Positions 62,708 through 64,000 of a stretch of 64,000 nucleotides of DNA are shown here, piece by piece. The notes under the pieces were generated by a model. The model was not told the origin of the DNA. It saw only the letters and a program-made list of their open reading frames with translations, and made no database searches. Every line of letters begins with the position of its first letter. The first letter of the stretch is position 1. This DNA is from Antedon mediterranea (Eukaryota; Animalia; Echinodermata). Where the stretch lies: positions 26,480,437-26,544,436 of the forward strand of contig NC_092672.1 of assembly GCF_964355755.1 (NCBI RefSeq). The letters are read 5' to 3'. The position numbers and the translations under genes were made by a program.

Positions 62708-64000
62708 ATGGGTTCTAGTAAGAGTAAGGGGCCGATCGATGGACCAGCACTAGGAAGGCCATTTACACTTGGTATGCTGTACGATTGTCGTAATGACAAA
62801 CTAATCCCTGGTACCTCACTATGGGATAATGAATTCCTTGAAAGTCACAGTGTTTCACATCTCCAAGAGTCATCAAACTTTAAAATACACACTGAAGAGT
62901 CTATAGCAGACAAAGCTAATGCCCTTGATATCAATGCTAACTTGAAACTGAGTTGTCTTGTTGGTCTTGTTGAGGGGTCAGGTTCAGCTAAATATCTTGA
63001 TGACCGCAAGTCATCCAATTACAAGGCCAGAGTATCGATGCAATATAAGTGTACAACCAAGTTTAAGCAGCTAGCAATGGAACACCTTGGAAAGGGAAAG
63101 ATCATGTATCCTAATGTGTTTAAATACGGGATTGCCACTCATGTTGTGACTGGTATACTGTATGGTGGTCAGGCTATTTTTGTCTTTGAAAGACAGTTTT
63201 ATGAAAGTGAGACTTACAAGAAAGCACATGGAGATTTACAAGCTGCCATTAAAGCATTACCAAGGATTTCTTTTGACTTGCCAGAAGACCTAAAAGACAA
63301 ATTGGATGGTTTTGAGTGCACCTTTTATGGAGACTTCATTCCTCCCTCCAACCCTACTACCTATCTTGATGTTGTGGAGTTGTATAAAAAGCTTTCAAAA
63401 ATGATAGGTAGAAAAGCAGTTCCTGTGCATGTTTGGCTTCACCCATTGCACAATTTAGATAACAGAGCAGCAAAGTTGGTTAGAGAAATCAGTTATACTC
63501 AGGTTGAAAGTGCAGAAAACACACTAGAACAGTTACAAAGCTTGGAAATAAAGTGCAAAGACTTAGCAGAATCTGACCCATGTCAAAAGTTCCCGGTTAC
63601 AAGACAGAATATAAACAACTTCAAAGAAATGGTAGAAGAGTATAAGCTTAATATTCAGAGGCAAATAATGCAAGTATTGCCTGACATTCGAGGAGGGAGA
63701 ACTAAGGAAGTAATTTTAGCAAACATTTTAGAGAGTAGAAAAAGATCTCCTTTTAGTCATGGAAACCTTGCCAAATGGATAGATGAAGCGGAAGCTCTCA
63801 TCCGCATGCTAAGCACATACGTCAGTTTCATGAGTGAAATCACTTTTGCAGACTCACATGGACATTTTTCAGAAACCATTTTCAATCCTAACAACAGACA
63901 TGTCATATGTTTTATAATGCGCTTGGTACAGAACGAAACATTACTAACAGACATGCAAAAATATCTTATGAAAACCAACGATGTTGATTACAATTGTAAT
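62708..64000 (+). CDS. Stonustoxin/neoverrucotoxin-like MACPF/CDC pore-forming protein (N-terminal 431 aa, continues beyond window)
   Basis: Uninterrupted frame from ATG 62708 to the window end. In-frame stops just upstream; splice acceptor at 62670. MGSSKSKGPIDGPALGRPFTLGMLYDCRNDKLIPG...GLVEGSGSAKYLDD...ATHVVTGILYGGQAIFVF...CTFYGDF...NPTTY...AVPVHVWLHPL...LPDIRGG...SPFS...LAKWI matches SNTX-family motifs. Confidence 0.9.
   Translation, partial: MGSSKSKGPIDGPALGRPFTLGMLYDCRNDKLIPGTSLWDNEFLESHSVSHLQESSNFKIHTEESIADKANALDINANLKLSCLVGLVEGSGSAKYLDDRKSSNYKARVSMQYKCTTKFKQLAMEHLGKGKIMYPNVFKYGIATHVVTGILYGGQAIFVFERQFYESETYKKAHGDLQAAIKALPRISFDLPEDLKDKLDGFECTFYGDFIPPSNPTTYLDVVELYKKLSKMIGRKAVPVHVWLHPLHNLDNRAAKLVREISYTQVESAENTLEQLQSLEIKCKDLAESDPCQKFPVTRQNINNFKEMVEEYKLNIQRQIMQVLPDIRGGRTKEVILANILESRKRSPFSHGNLAKWIDEAEALIRMLSTYVSFMSEITFADSHGHFSETIFNPNNRHVICFIMRLVQNETLLTDMQKYLMKTNDVDYNCN

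Noticed and set aside
63757-63978. Minus-strand 73-aa ORF
   Set aside because: Antisense shadow of the stonustoxin-like reading frame.

Overview
AT-rich, intron-containing animal genomic DNA. An invertebrate, possibly a deuterostome, is inferred from Deu-domain SINEs and the repeat types. Four host genes can be reconstructed by hand from GT-AG splice sites. (1) The 3' part of an uncharacterised low-complexity protein (+, to 3227). (2) A complete class I (Fe-S, FumA/FumB-type) fumarate hydratase with 11 coding exons and a mitochondrial-type presequence (-, 12071..3864, 569 aa). (3) A divergently transcribed zyxin/LPP-family triple-LIM protein with 9 coding exons (+, 22325..39049, 470 aa). (4) A stonustoxin/neoverrucotoxin-like MACPF/CDC ORF starting MGSSKSK, which runs off the window end (+, 62708..>64000) and is missing from the ORF track. 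Introns and the 41-62 kb intergenic region are packed with transposons: SINEs, hAT/Harbinger/MULE/Ginger-like MITEs, a Helitron, Helentron-like elements, an Academ-like element, CACTA ends, LINE fragments, a Penelope fragment with hammerhead ribozymes and a satellite-filled foldback element. The most unusual object is a decayed 3.5-kb element (41783..45290) with tandem-repeat inverted arms. Its core encodes a Zisupton/KDZ (HMGXB3-like) transposase fragment, a Ulp1-like SUMO protease, a PHD-like finger and a SprT/GCNA-like zinc metalloprotease. Family assignments come from remembered motifs, not database searches.
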